A DNA stretch of 64,000 nucleotides from Octopus sinensis. Taxonomy: Eukaryota. Shown piece by piece: positions 59,750 to 64,000 of this stretch. Position numbers and translations under genes: made by a program. Position 1 is the stretch's first letter, and every line of letters starts with the position of its first letter. Under the pieces are notes generated by a model. The model was not told the DNA's origin and searched no databases. It was given only the letters and a program-made list of their open reading frames with translations. Location of the stretch: contig NC_043020.1 of NCBI RefSeq assembly GCF_006345805.1, positions 28,148,001 through 28,212,000 on the forward strand. Reading direction: 5' to 3'.

Positions 59750-60479
59750 GAATACCCAGTGCATGGACGTGATAACCTACCACTTGGGTGATCCCAGAAA
59801 CGGCTGTAAGACTTCAAATTGACCTTACCATAATTAAAATATTCTAAATGACTTGAGATACTCGTTCTGCCTTGGTTTTTATTTTCCTTCTAATATGATA
59901 TATATACGGCAGGCTTTTTTTGGTTTCTGTCTATCAAACCCTCCCACAAGGCTTTGGTCGGTGCCACGCAGTGGGACCGAAACCAGAACCATGTGGTTGG
60001 GAAGCAAGCTTATCACACAGCCACGCCTGCGCCTATGGATATTTTTTAAAAAACATTTTCGGCAAATATGTTTCAGATTATGATTATGTTGCCATTTGAT
60101 GGGAAAAAAAGGGGGGGTTTATTCACATGCCTCGACTTTGTTTCCTCATATGTTTTGACGAGGTGACAGAACCATCTGCTCCATCCCTCCAAATTATTTT
60201 ATTACATCAAATTCTTATATAATTGTAATCTACACCATCAGAAAGGTGTATTTTGAAAAAAATTGAACAGTATTGGTTTTTTCAGAAAGATATGAGGAAA
60301 TAAAGTCGGGGAAAGCGGTTTTGCATGAAGCAAAAAAAATGAAAGGAAGAAAAATATTCGTTGAAATGGTTCTTGATTTTATTGTTACAATGTAAGACAC
60401 TTCTAGTTGTTGTACACAGATTATTTGTAGATCCTTGCCAAAACTGACCTCACCTGTGCTTGTGCCATGTCTTCTTCTT

Positions 60480-60592
60480 CCTGTCTTGAGACAGCATTCA
60501 CCCGGGGTGGGTTGAGCTGGCTTCATTCATCCTCAATGCTGCATCTCTCACAAACGCCGACCAGGCCTGGCGATTTGAGCCTAACGACCGCC
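60480..60592 (-). mobile_element. Probable RTE-like LINE 3' end fragment
   Basis: Translates as NRQAWSAFVRDAALRMNEASSTHPG*, resembling RTE ORF C-termini. Confidence 0.5.
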
Positions 60593-60708
60593 TGTGTTTT
60601 TGTGTGTTATTTACTTTGCTGGGTAGTCGTTGTAGGATCGACTAGTCACGACTAGCTAGCGCGGATGCGCGACTACGCGCACCGGGACCACTCTTCTCAA
60701 GTAGTACC
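60593..60708. mobile_element. Solo terminal fragment of the same Merlin-type MITE family
   Basis: About 105 bp reverse-complement match to 60987-61090, ending ...CTCAAGTAGTACC. Confidence 0.75.
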
Positions 60709-60986
60709 ATAACTTTTTTATCTTGTATTTCAAACTATCGAACTGTATTTCTTACAACATGCATTGTCTTGGTTCTATTATAACCGTGGGGAGACCGAAC
60801 AAAGCCTTGTGAGATCTGGCAGGCGGAGACTGAAAGAAGCCCATCGCGCGCGCGCGCGTGCGTTTGTGCCTACCACCGGTTAACCGGCGCTGGTTTGTTC
60901 ACACCCCCGCAACCTTAGCGGTTCGGGAAAAGAGACCGACAGAATAACTGCCAGGCTTTTAACCAAGAAAAAGACAAAAAACAAAA

Positions 60987-61376
60987 GGTACTACTTGAGA
61001 ACAGTGGTCCCGTTGCGCGCACTCGCACATCCGCACTAGCTAGTCGTGACTAGTCGATCCTACGACGACTACCCAGCAAACTAAATAAACCACAAAATAA
61101 ATAATTTTTTTACACAAAGTATATATATATATATATATATGGGGGGTTAGGGTTAGGGTTAGGGATGGGAGAAAAGGGTTTCTGTTATCATCAGAAATGT
61201 AAACCACTTCCGGTACGTACAGTACTTATACCGAAGGATCGCCATTTTTTGTTAAACAAAGTAAATAACACGCAAAAACACAAAGTAAGGATCGACTAGT
61301 CATGACTAGCCAGCGCGGATGCGGGGGGGGGGGTACGCGAGTGCGCGCACCGGGACCACTGTTCTCAAGTAGTACC
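60987..61376. mobile_element. Merlin-type MITE nested in a SINE
   Basis: TIRs GGTACTACTTGAGAACAGTGGTCCCG / CGGGACCACTGTTCTCAAGTAGTACC; flanks aaaacaaaa / caaacaaaa (8-9 bp TSD-like); SINE sequence resumes on both sides. Confidence 0.75.
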
Positions 61377-61460
61377 CAAACAAAAAACGTACCGGGGTCG
61401 ATTTGTTCGACTACAACCCTTCAAGGTGGTGTTCCAGCATGGCCGCAGTGCAATGCCTGA

Positions 61461-61497
<37 letters not shown>

Positions 61498-61565
61498 CAT
61501 GGTCTTATTTTTGTGAGTTCTGTCTTCGTGTTCGCATCACCGAACGGTAAACTGGAATGGAATGG

Positions 61566-62141
61566 CTATTGCATCGGGTAGTAATCCCTGATGCATCTGA
61601 TGAAAGACACGAACAGGCTTTGTCGGTGGAACTGACGCCATGTGTATTCTTCGTTTATCTCCAAGACAGCTCCGTTTTCGTCCGTCCGATGGTCGTAACA
61701 CCACATGGAACAAATACCTTTGAAATACTTGAACCAGTTGACAATGGCTTCGGTGCCGATACCAACTTGTCTCCTGATCACAGACTGTTTACAGTCGATT
61801 TCTACCCACCAAAACATAAGTTCAACGAGACGAGGCAACGGCACGCAAGAACCGGAAAAGAAAGAATCGCGCCGGATACTTCGATATCTCTTGCACACGC
61901 AACAACTCCAAGCTTTTCCGTCCGAGAAATTCTGCCGGATAACGAAATGCATCGGCTGGTTACAGCACACCGCTGAATTGTGAATTAATCCGAATGAAGC
62001 AACAAACTCAATCGTAGATTCAATATCACGAGTTATGCAGTGAATATCCCGTAGAAGATAATCCCTTTCACTGAGTTGTTGATCATCCATTACGACCTCC
62101 ACAATTCTGACGGGGGCCTTGGGTCGGCCGCGTACAGCCAT
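61566..62141 (-). CDS. Merlin/ISXO2(IS1595)-like transposase derivative, 191 aa, catalytic core apparently deleted
   Basis: Zn-ribbon-like CCNQPM...WSCCVCKRYRSIRRDSFF, HTH-like segment ending IVNWFKYFKGIC, LEINE (degenerate VEIDE), joined directly to C-terminal EYTWRQ...F...I...YP. Confidence 0.7.
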   Translation of the reverse strand: MAVRGRPKAPVRIVEVVMDDQQLSERDYLLRDIHCITRDIESTIEFVASFGLIHNSAVCCNQPMHFVIRQNFSDGKAWSCCVCKRYRSIRRDSFFSGSCVPLPRLVELMFWWVEIDCKQSVIRRQVGIGTEAIVNWFKYFKGICSMWCYDHRTDENGAVLEINEEYTWRQFHRQSLFVSFIRCIRDYYPMQ

Positions 62142-62994
62142 CTTTCTTTCGGATCTTGTACATGAATTAAATGTTTCGTTTCATTGGCGATTATTGCCGG
62201 TTATTAACGATTATAAAAATTTTCTTTTACTTTTGTTAATTTTGATTTTGTTCCCCATTTTTTTGGTCCATCGATTATAAATAAAATGAGAAAGATCATC
62301 AAGATTAATAACAAATAAAAAAAAACATTCAAATATTTTCCCCATTACCGCCTAATTCTGTCGTCTGATATCTGCTGCCATGGTTACAGTTTACTATGGC
62401 GGTGAAAAATGGAGATTTCGATTGTATTTTATTAATTGAAAATGCTGGTTCCAAATACTGACGAGGACAAAACGTTTTGATAGAAATTTTGAAAGAATCG
62501 AAATTCAAAATAAACTCGATGAAATATTTTTAAAAGTACATTTAATATAAATTTAACAACCGCACAAAAAACTTCTGTTCGTAAACAAATTTAGAAGATT
62601 ACTTTATAACAGGCAAGTTGTTTTCTTTCGATACATAATAAAATTTCAGTTACATGACACTCAAAAAGTAAAAATGAAATAAATTATATGAAACATTATT
62701 GAATTAAAAACATCCTGTACATATATCGTACGTTCTGTTAACTAATTCATAAGCGCAGGTATGGCTGTGTGGAGTGGATGATGATCCTTAGTTGGACAAT
62801 GAGGGAATGGTAAATAAGATGGGAAGCTGGAGGAGAATGGCAGGGAAAAAAGGAAGGAGGAAAGGATTAGTGGTAGAGCCTAAAAAGCAAAAAGAAGGGA
62901 TAGATGAGGTGGAGGTGTAAGGGCAAGGGTTATTGCTATTTAGGAAACATGTAAATAACAAATTGATATAATCTGTGAACATACTCTCTTGTTT

Positions 62995-63099
62995 TATATA
63001 TATATATATGTGTGTGTATATATGTATGTTTGTATGTATGTGTACATATATATATATATGTATATATGTATGTTTGTATGTATGTGTACATATATATAC

Positions 63100-63155
<56 letters not shown>

Positions 63156-63214
63156 TATATATATATATATATGTATGTATATGTGTATATGTATGTTTGT
63201 ATATATATATATAC
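62995..63214. repeat. (TA)n/(TATG)n microsatellite tract
   Basis: Directly visible; similar tracts at ~45720-45820 and 47365-47520. Confidence 0.95.
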
Positions 63215-63603
63215 ACTCTTTTACTCTTGTATTTGTGTCAGTCATTTGACTGCGGCCATGCTGGAGCACCGCCTTTAATTGAGCAAATCGACCCCAGAGC
63301 TTATTCTTTGTAAGCCTAGTACTAATAATATAGCTCTCTTTTACTGAACCGCTAAGTTACTGGGACGTAAACACATCAGCATCGGTTGTCAAGCGATGCT
63401 GGAGGGACAAACAGACACACAAATATACACACACACACACATACATATACATATATATACTTATACAACGGGCTTCTTCCAGTTTCCGTCTATCAAATCC
63501 ACTCACAAGGCTTCGGTCGGCCTGAAGCTATAGTAGAAGACACTTGCCCAAGGTGCCACGCAGTGGGACTGAACCCAGTACCATGTGTTTAGTAAGCAAG
63601 CTA
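63215..63603 (-). mobile_element. tRNA-derived SINE family A
   Basis: Match to family A. Confidence 0.83.
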
Positions 63604-64000
63604 AGTCATAGGAAGTTATGTGTAATGAATTTCATTAGCTTACAGCTGTTTCTGCTATAAGTTACCATGCACTTATACTGACAAAGCTCTAAGGTGATAC
63701 ACAGGCTCTCAAATATGTGTAGAAACAGCTGTAAGCTTATGAAGTTCATAAGATAATTTGTGGTTCCCTTATTATTCATATAACCTCTTATTACACTTTT
63801 TGCGGAAGAATATGTATATTGATCTCTGACACCAGGTCATTACTATTGCTTTGCCTAAGTGAAATCTTCGAATATATATACTCTTTTACTTGTTTCAGTC
63901 ATTTGACTGCGGCCATGCTGGAGCACCGCCTTTTGTTGAGCAAATCGACCCCGGGACTTATTCTTTGTAAGCCCAATACTTATTCTATCGGTCTCTTTTG

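Noticed and set aside
60454-60591. Candidate first TRMO coding exon (MAQAQ|GTGAG)
   Set aside because: Sequence looks like an RTE LINE 3' end and has no TRMO similarity; exonisation cannot be excluded without RNA data
61147-61164. Interstitial telomere / chromosome fusion scar
   Set aside because: Only three TTAGGG units and they are internal to a MITE
62788-63278. Tyr/Ile-rich ORFs
   Set aside because: (TA)n/(TATG)n microsatellite translations

Overview
AT-rich, repeat-dense eukaryotic (animal) genomic DNA. The SINE/MITE repertoire and microsatellite load point to a cephalopod, probably Octopus (inference, not database-checked). Most ORF-track entries are artefacts of SINEs and microsatellites. 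Three minus-strand coding units were reconstructed by hand. (1) An RNF17/TDRD4/Qin-like piRNA-pathway gene (RING, two B-boxes, coiled coil, at least 4 extended Tudor domains): 36 GT-AG, phase-consistent exons from the ATG at 46830 down to 713, totalling 4041 nt / 1347 codons and continuing off the left edge. (2) TRMO (TsaA-family tRNA m6t6A37 methyltransferase): 3 coding exons at 54974-50543, with a Thr/Pro/Ser tandem-repeat linker and an unresolved 5' end. (3) An uninterrupted 191-aa ORF (62141-61566) resembling a Merlin/ISXO2 transposase whose DDE core appears deleted in frame, next to a Merlin-type MITE. Introns and spacers hold several tRNA-derived SINE families, RTE LINE fragments, piggyBac, hAT and mariner MITEs (some nested reciprocally), an internally deleted piggyBac, and long palindromes. 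One palindrome carries Penelope-type minimal hammerhead-ribozyme-like motifs. Exon coordinates were counted to the base; repeat boundaries are approximate.
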